Shown: piece after piece, positions 32,227 through 42,583 of the stretch
Position numbering within the stretch: the first letter of the stretch is position 1
How the letters are laid out: the number at the start of each line of letters is the position of its first letter
Assembly (NCBI GenBank): GCA_963754085.1
Contig: CAVWFA010000016.1
Coordinates: 540,470-604,469, forward strand
From: Candidatus Aminicenantes bacterium
GTDB taxonomy: Bacteria > Acidobacteriota > Aminicenantia > Aminicenantales > Saccharicenantaceae
Direction: 5' to 3'
Length of the DNA stretch: 64,000 bases
Program-made: the position numbers and the translations under genes
Notes under the pieces: model-generated
Told to the model about the DNA's origin: nothing
The model's input: the letters and a program-made list of their open reading frames with translations, nothing else
Database searches by the model: none

Positions 32227-33375
32227 ATGGCCGCCGCATCGCGGAGCTTCCAGGTCTTCGTCAAGCCCGCCGGGGCGACGTGCAACCTGGCCTGCGGCTA
32301 CTGCTACTATTTCGATAAGGGCCCCGCGGGAAGATCGTCTGTCCCGGCCCGGATGTCCGAGGAGCTCCTCGAATCGTATATCGCCCAGCACATCGCCGCC
32401 TCGCCCGACGACATTGTCCGCTTTTCCTGGCACGGCGGCGAGCCGACGGTCCTGGGCGTCGGATACTTCCGCAGGGTCGTCGAGATCGAGCGCCGGCTCG
32501 CGCCGTCCGGCCGGACGATCGTCAACGGCCTGCAGACCAACGGAACGCTTCTCGACGACGAGTGGGGCCGCTTCCTCGCGGCCGAGGGATTCTCGGTCGG
32601 GCTCAGCCTCGACGGACCGCGGGAAGTCCACGACCGCCATCGTCGGACCCGCGACGGCCGGCCCTCGTTCGACGACGCCATGCGCGGCTACGATGTCCTT
32701 CGCCGCCACGGCGTCCCGACCGACGTCCTCTGCGTCGTCGGCGCCCACAACGTCGGCCGGGCGCTCGAGTCGTACGGCTTCTTCCGGGAGATCGGGGCGG
32801 CCTTCGTGACGTTCCTCCCGCTCGTCGAGCCCCGCCCCGGCGCGCCGGACGGCGTCAGCCCCGAGACCGTCCGGCCCGGCGATTGGGGCGATTTCCTTTC
32901 CGCCGTCTTCGACGAGTGGGTGGAGCGCGACATCGGCCGGATCAAGGTCCAGATCTTCGAGGAGGCCGCCCGGACGGCCTTCGGCCAGGAGCACTCGCTC
33001 TGCATTTTCCGGCCGGTCTGCGGCGACGTCCCCGTCCTCGAGCGAAACGGCGATCTCTACTCCTGCGATCACTTCGTCGATCCCGGCCACCGGATCGGGA
33101 ATATCGAGGAGACGCCTCTCGTCGACCTGCTCGAGAGTCCGGCCCAGCGCGCTTTCGGGCGGGCCAAGCGCGAAACCCTGCCGCGCGTCTGCCGGACGTG
33201 CGAGGTCCTGGACATGTGCAATGGGGAGTGCCCGAAGAACCGGTTCGTCTCGGGAACGGACGGAGCGCCCGGCCTGAATTATCTGTGCGCCGGCTACCGG
33301 CGGTTCTTCAACCGCGCCCGGCCGTTCGTCGACGCCGTGGCCGCCGAGTGGCGCCGACGGAACGCTAGCTCTTGA
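32227..33375 (+). CDS. Anaerobic sulfatase-maturase-type radical SAM/SPASM protein
   Basis: KPAGATCNLACGYCYY, WHGGEPT, YSCDHFV, CRTC..CNGECPKNR..LCAGY. Confidence 0.92.
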   Translation: MAAASRSFQVFVKPAGATCNLACGYCYYFDKGPAGRSSVPARMSEELLESYIAQHIAASPDDIVRFSWHGGEPTVLGVGYFRRVVEIERRLAPSGRTIVNGLQTNGTLLDDEWGRFLAAEGFSVGLSLDGPREVHDRHRRTRDGRPSFDDAMRGYDVLRRHGVPTDVLCVVGAHNVGRALESYGFFREIGAAFVTFLPLVEPRPGAPDGVSPETVRPGDWGDFLSAVFDEWVERDIGRIKVQIFEEAARTAFGQEHSLCIFRPVCGDVPVLERNGDLYSCDHFVDPGHRIGNIEETPLVDLLESPAQRAFGRAKRETLPRVCRTCEVLDMCNGECPKNRFVSGTDGAPGLNYLCAGYRRFFNRARPFVDAVAAEWRRRNASS

Positions 33376-34222
33376 GCTTCGTCTTGAGGAAGTCGACCGT
33401 GCGCGTCCAGGCGAGCTCCGCGGCCTCTTTATTGTAGCGCTGGCCCGTGTCGTTCATGAAGGCGTGTCCCGCGCCTTCGTACATGTGGATCGTGTGCTCG
33501 ACGCCGGCCTTCTCGAGGGCCTCCTTGAAGGCCGGGATGCCGGCGTTGATGCGCTCGTCGTCGCCGGCGTAGTGGATGAGCATGGCCGCCTTGATCTTGG
33601 GCACGTCCTCCGGCGCGGGCTGGCTGCCGTAGAAAGGGACGGCCGCAGCGAGGTCGGGCGCGTTGACCGCCACCTGGTTCGTGACGGCGCCGCCCCAGCA
33701 GAAGCCCATGCAGGCGACTTTGCCCGTCGCCTGGGGACCCGTCTTGAGGTAGGCGACGGCGGCGACGAAGTTCTTCGTATTAGCCGCCCGGTCGAGCTTC
33801 TGGAAGAGCGGTCTGGCTTCGTCCGGGTTCACCGGGGTCCCGCCGAGCGGCGACAGGGCGTCGGGAGCGATGGCGTGGAAGCCTTCGAGCGCGACGCGCC
33901 GGGCGACGTCCTCGGTGTGGGGATTCAAGCCCCGGTTCTCGTGGATGACGATGACGCCGGCCAGCTTCGCCCCGCCCTTTGGCTTGGCCGAATAGGCCCG
34001 CATCTCACCGCCCTCGATCGGATACGTGATGTATCCCGTTTCGAGACGCGGGTCGTCAGCCGGCACGAGCTGGCTTCCGGCGTCGCCGTCCTCTGAGGCG
34101 CGGACCAGAACGGCCGCTGCGGCCGTCCCGCCCGCGAGGGCGGCCAGCTTCTCCAGGAATTCGCGTCGGTCGATCGCGCCGCCGGCGCAAGCCTCGGTCG
34201 GGTCTTTGGTTTCAGGGCTCAT
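33365..34222 (-). CDS. Dienelactone hydrolase family (YghX-like)
   Basis: DRREFL leader, IHENRGLNPH, GFCWGG, GHAF. Confidence 0.9.
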   Translation of the reverse strand: MSPETKDPTEACAGGAIDRREFLEKLAALAGGTAAAAVLVRASEDGDAGSQLVPADDPRLETGYITYPIEGGEMRAYSAKPKGGAKLAGVIVIHENRGLNPHTEDVARRVALEGFHAIAPDALSPLGGTPVNPDEARPLFQKLDRAANTKNFVAAVAYLKTGPQATGKVACMGFCWGGAVTNQVAVNAPDLAAAVPFYGSQPAPEDVPKIKAAMLIHYAGDDERINAGIPAFKEALEKAGVEHTIHMYEGAGHAFMNDTGQRYNKEAAELAWTRTVDFLKTKLKS

Positions 34223-34300
34223 GGTCGGCCTCCTTGATGATGAAGCTTCTTCCCCCAACGGGCGTTTTCATCGTATTGCGCCGTCTCCTCGATGTCAACA

Positions 34301-34398
34301 AGAAGGGGTCAAGCCTAAACTCTTATACTTGTTGGCTTGGCCCGCCTGTCGGACACGGCGAGCGCCGGCAGAATTATAATAATTTAGTGACCCCTTCT
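34301..34398. repeat. REPIN-like palindrome, copy C (degenerate)
   Basis: AGAAGGGGTCAAGCCTAAAC...TTTAG-TGACCCCTTCT. Confidence 0.65.
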
Positions 34399-34433
34399 GG
34401 CGGTGCGGCCTCGGTTTGGGCTATCATGGTCCC

Positions 34434-35795
34434 ATGAGCGATCCCGCGAAGGGCCGGGGCGGGTTCCCGGCCGACGCCGAGGCGATCTGGCAGGCCGCCC
34501 TATCGGCCGTCGATCCCTGGCGTCTCGTCCGGGAGAGCATCGAGCGGCAGGGCGACATCGTCCGGATCGGGGGCCGGGCGTTCGACCTGGCCGCCTACGC
34601 TCGCGTCTTCGTCGTCTCTTTCGGCAAGGCCGCGGCGGCCATGGGCGAGGCGCTGGCGGAGGTCCTCGACGAGCGGCTGACCTCCGGGCTCGTGGTCGTG
34701 CCCTGGCCCGTCGGCAAGGGATCCTCCCGGCTCGAGTACCTCGAGGCCAGCCATCCGATCCCCGATGCCCGGAGCGTCGAGGCGGCCCGCCGCGTCCTCG
34801 AGATCGCGACCGAAGCCGGGGAAAAAGACCTCCTGTTCGTCTGCATTTCCGGCGGCGGCTCGTCCGTCCTGGCCCTTCCGGCCGACGGCCTCACGCTCGA
34901 CAAGAAGCGCCGGCTCACCGAGGACCTGCTCCGGTCCGGAGCGACCATCCAGGAGCTCAACATCGTCCGCAAGCACCTGTCGGGGATCAAGGGCGGGCAG
35001 CTGGCCCGGGCGGCCTACCCGGCGACGACGGTCACGCTCGTCATTTCCGACGTCGTCGCCAACGATCTCGGCACTATCGCCTCGGGCCCGACCTACTGGG
35101 ACGCCTCGAGCTACGCCGAGGCCCGGGCCATCCTCGAGTGCTACGGGCTCTGGGATTCGGTCTCGGCCCTCATCCGGGCCCGCATCGAGGACGGCGAGCG
35201 CGGCCGGGCGCCCGAGACACTCAAGCAAGGGGACCCCGTCTTCGGGCGCGTCTCGACCTTCATCGTCGGCGACAACATGACGGCCCTGCGGGCCGCCAAG
35301 CACGAGGCCGAGAAGCGCGGCTTCGAGCCCATCTTCCTGTCCTCGTCCGACGGCGGTGAGGCCCGGCGGACGGCCGGGGGCTACGCCGCCTTCCTGGCCG
35401 AGCTGGCCTGCTCCGCGCCGCACCTGCCCCGCCCGCTCTGTCTCCTGGCCGGCGGCGAGCTGACGGTCACGGTCAAGGGGCGGGGGAGGGGCGGGCGCAA
35501 CACGGAGTTCGTGCTGGCCGCGCTCGTCGAGATGGAGAAGGCCGGTGTCGAAGGCCTCGATTGGCTCATCCTCAGCCTGGGGACGGACGGCATCGACGGC
35601 CCGACCGACGCGGCCGGCGCCTGGGCCGACCCCCGGACCGTCAAGACGGCCCGGGCCCTCGGGCTGAATCCCGCCGAATACCTCGACGACAACGATTCCT
35701 ACGGCTTCTTCAAACAGACCGGGAACCTGATCGTGACCGGGCCGACCGGCACCAACGTCATGGACCTCCGGGTCTTCCTGCTCCGGGCCGCCTGA
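34434..35795 (+). CDS. Glycerate 2-kinase (TtuD/MOFRL family)
   Basis: GKAAAAM, SHPIPD, SGGGSS, LNIVRKHLSGIKGG, GGRNTE, TDGIDG, TGTNVMD. Confidence 0.92.
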   Translation: MSDPAKGRGGFPADAEAIWQAALSAVDPWRLVRESIERQGDIVRIGGRAFDLAAYARVFVVSFGKAAAAMGEALAEVLDERLTSGLVVVPWPVGKGSSRLEYLEASHPIPDARSVEAARRVLEIATEAGEKDLLFVCISGGGSSVLALPADGLTLDKKRRLTEDLLRSGATIQELNIVRKHLSGIKGGQLARAAYPATTVTLVISDVVANDLGTIASGPTYWDASSYAEARAILECYGLWDSVSALIRARIEDGERGRAPETLKQGDPVFGRVSTFIVGDNMTALRAAKHEAEKRGFEPIFLSSSDGGEARRTAGGYAAFLAELACSAPHLPRPLCLLAGGELTVTVKGRGRGGRNTEFVLAALVEMEKAGVEGLDWLILSLGTDGIDGPTDAAGAWADPRTVKTARALGLNPAEYLDDNDSYGFFKQTGNLIVTGPTGTNVMDLRVFLLRAA

Positions 35796-35803
35796 CGGCC
35801 CCT

Positions 35804-36181
35804 TCAGGGTCTGAAAACCTGGAGATCGAGGCCGGAAAGGGCCCGAAAGTGCCGGGAATCGCCGGACAGAAGGCACAGATCGTTCTCGACGGCCGTCGCG
35901 GCGATCAGAGCGTCCGCCATTCTCAGCCCCGACCGTAACGCCTGCTGTTCCATATAGATGACAGCCCGATGGCCGATGTTTTCCGTCAGCGGGACCGTCC
36001 GGAATCCGAAGTCTCCAAGGAAATCCTTGATCAGCCGGATCTCCGGCCTGTCGCGGGCCCCCTGGAAAAGCTCCATGAGGGAAACGACGGCGATCGAACG
36101 GTCTTTGCTCTCTTCGATACAGGCGGCCGCTTTCCGGTTTCCCCGGAGAACCCAGATGAGCACGTCGGTGTCAAAGAGCAT
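35804..36181 (-). CDS. vapC: VapC PIN-domain toxin
   Basis: FDTDVLIW..ELFQGA..DALIAATA..GDSRHF. Confidence 0.9.
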   Translation of the reverse strand: MLFDTDVLIWVLRGNRKAAACIEESKDRSIAVVSLMELFQGARDRPEIRLIKDFLGDFGFRTVPLTENIGHRAVIYMEQQALRSGLRMADALIAATAVENDLCLLSGDSRHFRALSGLDLQVFRP

Positions 36182-36419
36182 CGATCCGCCCCTTCCGGAG
36201 CTTGTCTATGGCCGCCCCCACATCCGCGAAGTCGATGCGGTTCGCCCACATGCCGAAGGCCGGATGATCGGCCACGCGCTCTTTCCCGTTCCTCCGTCCG
36301 GTCGGGCGGATGACCGCGATGGTCTTGCCGCGGCGGAGGAGGGTGACGTCTTCGTTCCTCTGAAGGGCTTTCAGCACGTCTCCCATCTTCCTTCTCAGAT
36401 CAAGAATGGATGCTTTCAT
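36171..36419 (-). CDS. Phd/YefM-type antitoxin
   Basis: ASILDLRRKMGDVL..EDVTLLRRGKTIAVI. Confidence 0.82.
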   Translation of the reverse strand: MKASILDLRRKMGDVLKALQRNEDVTLLRRGKTIAVIRPTGRRNGKERVADHPAFGMWANRIDFADVGAAIDKLRKGRIDAL

Positions 36420-36436
36420 CGAGGCCTCCGCTTCAG

Positions 36437-36479
36437 AGTGTACACTCAAAGTGTACACTTAGCGAAGGCCCCCTGTCAA
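36437..36479 (-). promoter_or_regulatory. TA promoter with tandem AGTGTACACT operators
   Basis: Palindrome AGTGTACACT at 36437-36446 and 36450-36459; TTGACA-18-TACACT. Confidence 0.7.
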
Positions 36480-36527
36480 TGAGAAAGACGTCCGGGAGCC
36501 GGGGCCCTTCTCAGAGGAGTTCAGCGG

Positions 36528-37359
36528 CTATTTGTAGACGCCGGCCAGGTCCCATTTCGCGATGGTGTCGACGACGAGCTCGGCGACGCGGTCGTTGACC
36601 TTGCGGAAATAATCCTTCGCCTGCGCGGCGTCGAACGTCGGATAGCCCTGGCCCTTCTCGTACAGCAGGATGGTCGACGGCACCGGCACCGCGGTGTACG
36701 CCCCGGCCGGCGGGTTGGGCGCGGCCATCTCGGGCTTGTAGCGCTCGGGATGGACGTGCTCCGGCAGGAAGGCCTGGATGTAGGCCGTCTCGTTGTTCCC
36801 GGCGTGGCCGCCGTTCTGCTTGAACACGGACTTGGTGATGTCGTCGGCCAGCGTCCACCAGTTGACGACGAGGACGCGGACCCGGCGGGCGTTGGCCACC
36901 CGGGTCGCGGCCGCGTTGAGCGCGGCGGTGTTGCCGCCGTGCCCGTTGAGGACGATGAGGTTCCTGAAGCCGTTCGCGGCCAGGTTGTCGAGGACGGCCT
37001 CGGCGAACGGCCCATAGGCCTCGGCCGGGATGGAGACGGCGCCGGGATAGGCCTTCATGGCGTCGGTCATGCCGTAGTTCAGGACCGGCGCGATCAGACC
37101 GTCGACGCGGGCGGCGATGTCGCGGGCCATGGCCGCGGGCGCGAGGCTGTCGGTGCCGTTGGGGATGACGCCGTGCGGCTCGAGCGAGCCGAACGGGACG
37201 AGGACGGTGGCGATCCTCGCCGGGACGAGCTCGCCGAACTCCTGCCAGCAGAGCAGGGCCATCTCGCGGGTGGTCGGGGCTTTCGTCTGGGCCGCGGCCG
37301 GGACGAAGACCGTCGCGGCCAGGGCCGCCGCCGTCAGAAGCTGTCGGGACCTTTCTCAT
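36528..37359 (-). CDS. Exported creatininase-family amidohydrolase; frameshift in the signal peptide near 37340
   Basis: GSLEPHG..GTD, NGHGGN, GHAGNNET. Confidence 0.85.
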
Positions 37360-37628
37360 GTCGGTCGCCTCCTCGCTCCCCTCATCTTATGCCAACCCGG
37401 GACGTTTGGGAATTGGGAATGCGGGCCCTTGCATTTTTCCGCCGGAGGGATATAATGGGCCCAAGTTTTCTTGGGCCGGCTGGAGAGAACTTCCAACCCA
37501 ATGGAATACTTCATTTTCCCCCTTTTCTGCTGTTTAAAAATTTAAACAAACAGCCGGCACTTTCCTCCGCTTCTCCCCCCCGGACGATTGTGTTATGATA
37601 CGGGAAATCCCCGAGCGCGGAGTCGACG

Positions 37629-38093
37629 ATGGGCAAAGTGGATTGGAAGAAAGAGCTGGCCAATCATTTCGAGAACGTCAAGGTCATCGCGCAGTGCCAG
37701 GCCGAGACCGTCGGGCAGTTCGACCAGTTCTGCGAGTTCATCGCCGAGCCCGCCTTCGAAAGCTTGACCGAGGAGCTGGCCCGTTTCAAGATCCGGTCCG
37801 AGCAGGCCAAGACCAAAGGCCGCAGCATCCGCTTCTCCATCAGCTTCCCGGGCCTCAAGGAAGAGCAATTCCACTACCGCATCTCGCTGCCCAAGAATTC
37901 GGTCGAGCTCCGGCTGAAGCTCGAGGTCAGGAGCCGGCGGACGCCGAAGGCCGAGTATCAGACGACCAACGAGGATTTCATGCCCGGGCTGTTCCCGTTC
38001 AAGGTGCTGCGCATGGACAAGGACGAGGTCGTCGCCGACGTCGTCAAGCAATACACCGGGTTCTGCTACACCGCGCTGACCTCGCCGGACTGA
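37629..38093 (+). CDS. Hypothetical protein
   Basis: 154-aa ORF with SD and typical codon usage. Confidence 0.7.
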   Translation: MGKVDWKKELANHFENVKVIAQCQAETVGQFDQFCEFIAEPAFESLTEELARFKIRSEQAKTKGRSIRFSISFPGLKEEQFHYRISLPKNSVELRLKLEVRSRRTPKAEYQTTNEDFMPGLFPFKVLRMDKDEVVADVVKQYTGFCYTALTSPD

Positions 38094-38101
38094 GCCCCCC
38101 C

Positions 38102-39337
38102 TTATATCCCGGCTTCCCGATGCCCGCCCGATCTCCCTGCGATCGGTGATTCGGGCAGCGCCGCGGCCAAGAGGACGGCGACGGCGATGAGCCCGGCCTG
38201 GAGAAGGAGCGGTCTCGTCATCGATCCCGTGGCCGGGTTTTTCAAGGCGTCCATTCCGAAGATGAAGGCGACGCCCGAGATCTGTCCCATCAGGATGAGC
38301 AGGCTGTTCGACGTGCCCTCGGGGGCCGGGTGCGTGATCTCGGCCCCGTACTGGAAGGCGATCGGCCCGGCGCTCAGCAGGAAGAACCCGAAGGCGAATC
38401 CCGACAGGTACAGCAGCCAGGCGGCGGCCGCGTAGGTCATTCCGAAGAGGCCGGGCAGGAGGCCCACGAGGGCCAGGACGATGAACGGCTTCCGCCGCCG
38501 GACCGTGTCGGAGACGAGGGAGAGGACGATGGCCCCGGCGATGCCGCCGGCCAGCGTCAGGGCGCCGAGGACGCCGGCCTGGGAGATGGTGAAGCCGCGC
38601 GGCCGGATGATATCCTCGATCCAGGTCGAGACGCTGTTGAAGAGGCCCAGTCCGATGAAAAAGATGACCAGCAGGAAGAGGAAATCGCGCCGGCGCAGCA
38701 TCATCTTCAGGCCGTCGAACATCAGGACGCGCTCGTCGGAGCCGGCCGGCGTCGGCGGATGCTCCCGGGCGACGGCCAGGAACACGACCGTCGTCACGGC
38801 CATGGCCAGGCCGTAGACCAAGAGCATCCCCCTCATCCCCGACCGCAGGAAGAGATACGGCGACAGGAGCATGGCCGCCAGGGGTCCGACGTAGAGCGCC
38901 AGGGTCCCCAGGGCCGAGGCCGTCGCCCTCTCGCGGGCGGGGAACCAGCGCACGGCCACCTTGGTGATGGCGCCCATCACGAACGGCTGGCCGACGGCGA
39001 TCCCGATCTGGGCGGCGAGGACGACCGTGTAGTTCGAAGCGAAGAGCCCGCGCAGGAGGGCGAAGACCGCCGAAAGCACTCCGCCGAGCCCGGCCGCGAC
39101 TTTAAATCCCCAGGTGTCGATGGCCCAGGCCGCGGGGATGGCGACGAACATGTAGACGATCATGAAGACCATCGACAGGAGGCCGATCATCAGGTCGGAT
39201 CTGCCGTAGTACGCGGCGGAGGGGCCGGTGATCGGCGCGAACGAGAGCCACAGGAGCTGGGTCATCGCGGCCATGGCCGCGAAGACGGCCAGGACGATCC
39301 AGCGGGCGCGGTAGACCTTGATCGGGTCATTGTCCAT
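38102..39337 (-). CDS. MFS transporter
   Basis: About 12 TM segments; RWFPARERATA; SDTVRRRKPF. Confidence 0.88.
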   Translation of the reverse strand: MDNDPIKVYRARWIVLAVFAAMAAMTQLLWLSFAPITGPSAAYYGRSDLMIGLLSMVFMIVYMFVAIPAAWAIDTWGFKVAAGLGGVLSAVFALLRGLFASNYTVVLAAQIGIAVGQPFVMGAITKVAVRWFPARERATASALGTLALYVGPLAAMLLSPYLFLRSGMRGMLLVYGLAMAVTTVVFLAVAREHPPTPAGSDERVLMFDGLKMMLRRRDFLFLLVIFFIGLGLFNSVSTWIEDIIRPRGFTISQAGVLGALTLAGGIAGAIVLSLVSDTVRRRKPFIVLALVGLLPGLFGMTYAAAAWLLYLSGFAFGFFLLSAGPIAFQYGAEITHPAPEGTSNSLLILMGQISGVAFIFGMDALKNPATGSMTRPLLLQAGLIAVAVLLAAALPESPIAGRSGGHREAGI

Positions 39338-39364
39338 GGAACGGGCCTCCTTCGACGGAATGTC

Positions 39365-40261
39365 TCACGCCGCCGCCGCGCGGACGGCCGCGAGATGGGT
39401 TTCGATCAGCCGGCGGGCGATCCCGACGATGGCCGGCATGACGCCGTCCGCCGGGAGACGGCGCGCCTCGACCGGGTCCGCGAACGACAGGTGGATGCGG
39501 GGCCGGACGCGCCGGGGGAAGACCATCTGGGAGCTGACCTGCAGGAACTCGGCCAGCTTCTGGCGCCGGGCCGGGCTCCGGCGGATCCGGACGAGAGGGC
39601 TGTCGATGAACCGGGGCAGGATGATGCCGCTGGCGATGGCCACCTGGAGGACTGTGGCCGGGACCCGGCGAAGCATGATCTCGAGACTGCGCGACCATTC
39701 GCCGACCGCCTCGGCCGCCCCGGGGCTCGTCTCGGGGTCGGGTTCGACCTCGGTGTGCGGATAAATGAGCAGGGCGCCGCCGGCCTCGAGATGACGGAGC
39801 GAGTCGCGCATGGCCCGGGCCCGTCCGGCCGCGGTGTTCCGGGCGAAGACGAAGTGCTCGCGGGCCGCCTCGAAGGCCCTGGTGAAGCCGACGTCCGACA
39901 GGATGATCTTGAGGTCGGGCCTGGGGATGGCGGCCATCAGGGCCAGGGAGTCGTAGGCCCCCGGATGGTTGGAGGCGACGATGAGCGGCCCGGCCGCGGG
40001 GATGCGCTCCGCGCCCCAGACGACCGGTTCGAGCCCGAGATCGCGGAGGACGCTCCGGCCGCCGCCGGGAAGGCCGGCGGAGCGGATCTCGAAATCGGCG
40101 CGGGCCATGCTCTTGGCGAAGCGGCCGGCCGGGAGGCGGAAGAGGGGTCCGAGCAGCCGCCGCGCCGGGCCCGAAGGAGAAAACCCCATGGCCCGGACGA
40201 TCTCGTCGGTGATCCGGTCCCGGTAGGGGGCGACGGCGGGCCGGTCGGGTGCGAGGGGCAT
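39365..40261 (-). CDS. PlsC-like glycerolipid acyltransferase
   Basis: PLIVASNHPGAYD (HX4D), LLIYP; start uncertain. Confidence 0.75.
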   Translation of the reverse strand: MPLAPDRPAVAPYRDRITDEIVRAMGFSPSGPARRLLGPLFRLPAGRFAKSMARADFEIRSAGLPGGGRSVLRDLGLEPVVWGAERIPAAGPLIVASNHPGAYDSLALMAAIPRPDLKIILSDVGFTRAFEAAREHFVFARNTAAGRARAMRDSLRHLEAGGALLIYPHTEVEPDPETSPGAAEAVGEWSRSLEIMLRRVPATVLQVAIASGIILPRFIDSPLVRIRRSPARRQKLAEFLQVSSQMVFPRRVRPRIHLSFADPVEARRLPADGVMPAIVGIARRLIETHLAAVRAAAA

Positions 40262-40340
40262 GGGTTTCGGGAGCGGACGGTCCGCTCGGGCACGACTATA
40301 GGGCGGGGGGAAGGCGAATGTCAACTACAGAGAAGGCCGG

Positions 40341-40697
40341 CTACTTGGCCTTTTTGTCTTTTTTGCCCTTCTTGGGCTTTTCGGAGGCCGGCTTGTCCTT
40401 TTCGGGCTTGGCCCACTTGCCGGCCTTCCAAGTCCAGTGGGCCCCGGTCTGCTCCCAGGTCCCCGGGACCCAGGCCTTGCCCTTCTTCCCCTTGGCCCAG
40501 CGGCCCTCGGCCCATTCGTAATTGATGCCGGCCCATTTCCAGTAGCCGGGCAGCCAGACGTGGGTCGGGCTCGGCTGCAGGGTCCGGGCCTCGTTCCGGG
40601 GCGGGGGAGGGCCGACCCGGGGCTGGTCATCGGCGGCCAGGCCCGCGGCGGTCAGGAGCAATAGGGCGCCCAAGAGGGCCCAGGCGGTCCTTCTCAT
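40341..40697 (-). CDS. Exported YXWGXW/WXXGXW-repeat protein with Lys-rich tail
   Basis: VWLPGYW..WAEGRW..WVPGTW..WKAGKW. Confidence 0.8.
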   Translation of the reverse strand: MRRTAWALLGALLLLTAAGLAADDQPRVGPPPPRNEARTLQPSPTHVWLPGYWKWAGINYEWAEGRWAKGKKGKAWVPGTWEQTGAHWTWKAGKWAKPEKDKPASEKPKKGKKDKKAK

Positions 40698-40774
40698 CTG
40701 TTCCTCCAACCCTTTAGTCGGAGGACGGAGGCGAAAGTGAAGGGCGGCAGCTCCTCCCCGGTGCCTAGCCCGGG

Positions 40775-41584
40775 TTACTTGTTCGAGTTGATGACCTCGA
40801 GGACCTTGAGGAGGTAGTCGTACCCGGGCCGGTCGACCGTGTTCTGGCCGAGGTACTTGAACTGGAGGATGCCGTTGGCGTCGATGATGTAGACGCTGGG
40901 GATGTTCTGGTCGACCTTGCTGCCGCTCCACTCGCTGCGGAAAAGGTCCAGCTTCTTAGAGAGCGTCCGTTCGCCGTCGACGAGGATCGGGAAGGGGGTC
41001 AGGATCTCGCCCTTGGCCAGGGAATAATCCTCGGGGAAGAGCTGGCGGAAGCGCTCCATGCGGATCTTCCCCTTCTCGTCGAGCTTGGACGGGTCGGCCG
41101 GGCTCTTGGTCGCCCGGACCGTCTCGAGCTGCCCGGGCAGGGCCTCGAGCCAGACCTTGACGATATCCTGCGTGTAGGGGAAGACGACCAGGACCTTGAC
41201 GTTGTACTTCTCCTGGATCTTCTTGGCCTTCTCGAGCTCGGCCAGCTCGACGTAGCGGTAGTTGCAGATCGTGCACCAATAGTTCTCGGCCGCGTAGCCG
41301 CGGGGGAAAAGAATGAGAACGTTGTGGCCGCGGAGCGACGACAGGGTCAGCGTCCCGCCCTGGTAGACGGGCAGGGTGAAGTCGGCCATGGGCTGGCCGA
41401 CGACGGCCGGCTGGGGCCGGGGCTCGGCCGCCGGGGCCGGCGCTGCGGGCTGGGCGGCTTGAACCGGCTTGTCCTTGATCACGACCTGGCCTGCGGCCTG
41501 GCCCTTGAATAGGATGATGATCGCCGCGATGGCCACGACGACCAGCGCGATGACGAGGATGGACGCTTTCTTCTTGTCGATCAT
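40775..41584 (-). CDS. Membrane-anchored redoxin (AhpC/TSA-like)
   Basis: MADFTLP..LTLSSLRG, WCTIC, PSVYIIDANG. Confidence 0.8.
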   Translation of the reverse strand: MIDKKKASILVIALVVVAIAAIIILFKGQAAGQVVIKDKPVQAAQPAAPAPAAEPRPQPAVVGQPMADFTLPVYQGGTLTLSSLRGHNVLILFPRGYAAENYWCTICNYRYVELAELEKAKKIQEKYNVKVLVVFPYTQDIVKVWLEALPGQLETVRATKSPADPSKLDEKGKIRMERFRQLFPEDYSLAKGEILTPFPILVDGERTLSKKLDLFRSEWSGSKVDQNIPSVYIIDANGILQFKYLGQNTVDRPGYDYLLKVLEVINSNK

Positions 41585-41747
41585 GAATGGGTCTCCTTCA
41601 GAGAGATGCCCCTATTAAAGGCGCATCACGGCGCGGAGTCAAGCGGCCCCCCCATCGTCGGGCCGAGTAGCAGGCGGGCCTGAGAGCCTGGCGACCCCGG
41701 GAGCGTCTTTATCGTGTGGGCGGTCGGCGACGACCGCGGGTTGGGGC

Positions 41748-41785
41748 TTGACAAAGTAGCCACAAATATATAACATGTAGCCACA
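41748..41785 (+). promoter_or_regulatory. TA promoter with GTAGCCACA direct-repeat operators
   Basis: TTGACA at 41748; GTAGCCACA at 41756-41764 and 41777-41785. Confidence 0.65.
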
Positions 41786-41809
41786 TTAGGCGAAGGCACC
41801 GGAGAGACC

Positions 41810-42076
41810 ATGACCGTCGGGATCCGTGAGCTCAAGAACAGGCTTAGCCATTACCTCGACAAAGTCCAGGCCGGAGACCGGATCGCGGTCACAGACCGTG
41901 GCACGGTCGTGGCCTATGTCATCCCCGCGTCGGGCTCGCCCGGGATCGAGGGCCTGCTGAAGCTCGTCCGCGAGGACCGCGCGGCCTGGGAGGGCGGCAA
42001 GCCGGCCGGGGCCCCGTCCCTCGCGAGCGTCCGCGGCAAATCCGTTTCGGAGATCGTCGTCGAGGACCGGCGTTGA
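41810..42076 (+). CDS. Phd/YefM antitoxin
   Basis: VGIRELKNRLSHYLDKVQAGDRIAVTDRG. Confidence 0.9.
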   Translation: MTVGIRELKNRLSHYLDKVQAGDRIAVTDRGTVVAYVIPASGSPGIEGLLKLVREDRAAWEGGKPAGAPSLASVRGKSVSEIVVEDRR

Positions 42077-42495
42077 TCCTCTATCTCGAGACCTCAAACC
42101 TGGTCAAGCTCTACGTCCGGGAGAAGGACTCGGAGGCCGTGCGCGGCAGCGTCCAGGCTTCCGAGGCCGTCGCCACGTCGGTCCTGGCTTATGCCGAGGC
42201 CAGGGCCGCGTTCGCCCGCAAGCTCCGCGAGCAGGGGATCACGAAAGACGCTCACGGAGCCGTGAAGCGGGCCCTCGACGCGGACTGGCCTTCCTTCTTC
42301 GTCCTGAACGTCACCGCCGGAACGGCCCGATCGGCCGGCGACCTGGCTGAAAAGCACGCTCTGCGCGGCTTCGATGCCCTTCACCTCGCCTCGGCCATCG
42401 AGCTCCGGGCGGCCGGCGCCGCAGATCTCCGTTTCTCTTCCGCGGACGACCGCCTGCGCGCCGCGGCCCAAGCCGAGGGTCTCAAGCTCGCCTAG
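42073..42495 (+). CDS. vapC: VapC PIN-domain toxin
   Basis: YLETSNLVKLY..EARAA..LRGFDALHLASA..SADDRL. Confidence 0.9.
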   Translation: MILYLETSNLVKLYVREKDSEAVRGSVQASEAVATSVLAYAEARAAFARKLREQGITKDAHGAVKRALDADWPSFFVLNVTAGTARSAGDLAEKHALRGFDALHLASAIELRAAGAADLRFSSADDRLRAAAQAEGLKLA

Positions 42496-42583
42496 CCGGA
42501 TCCAGCCTTCGAGCTCACGGCCGCCCGCAATTCACGATCGAGTACTGCGGGCTACGATCAACCGCTCGCAAGGGCGCGTCAGA

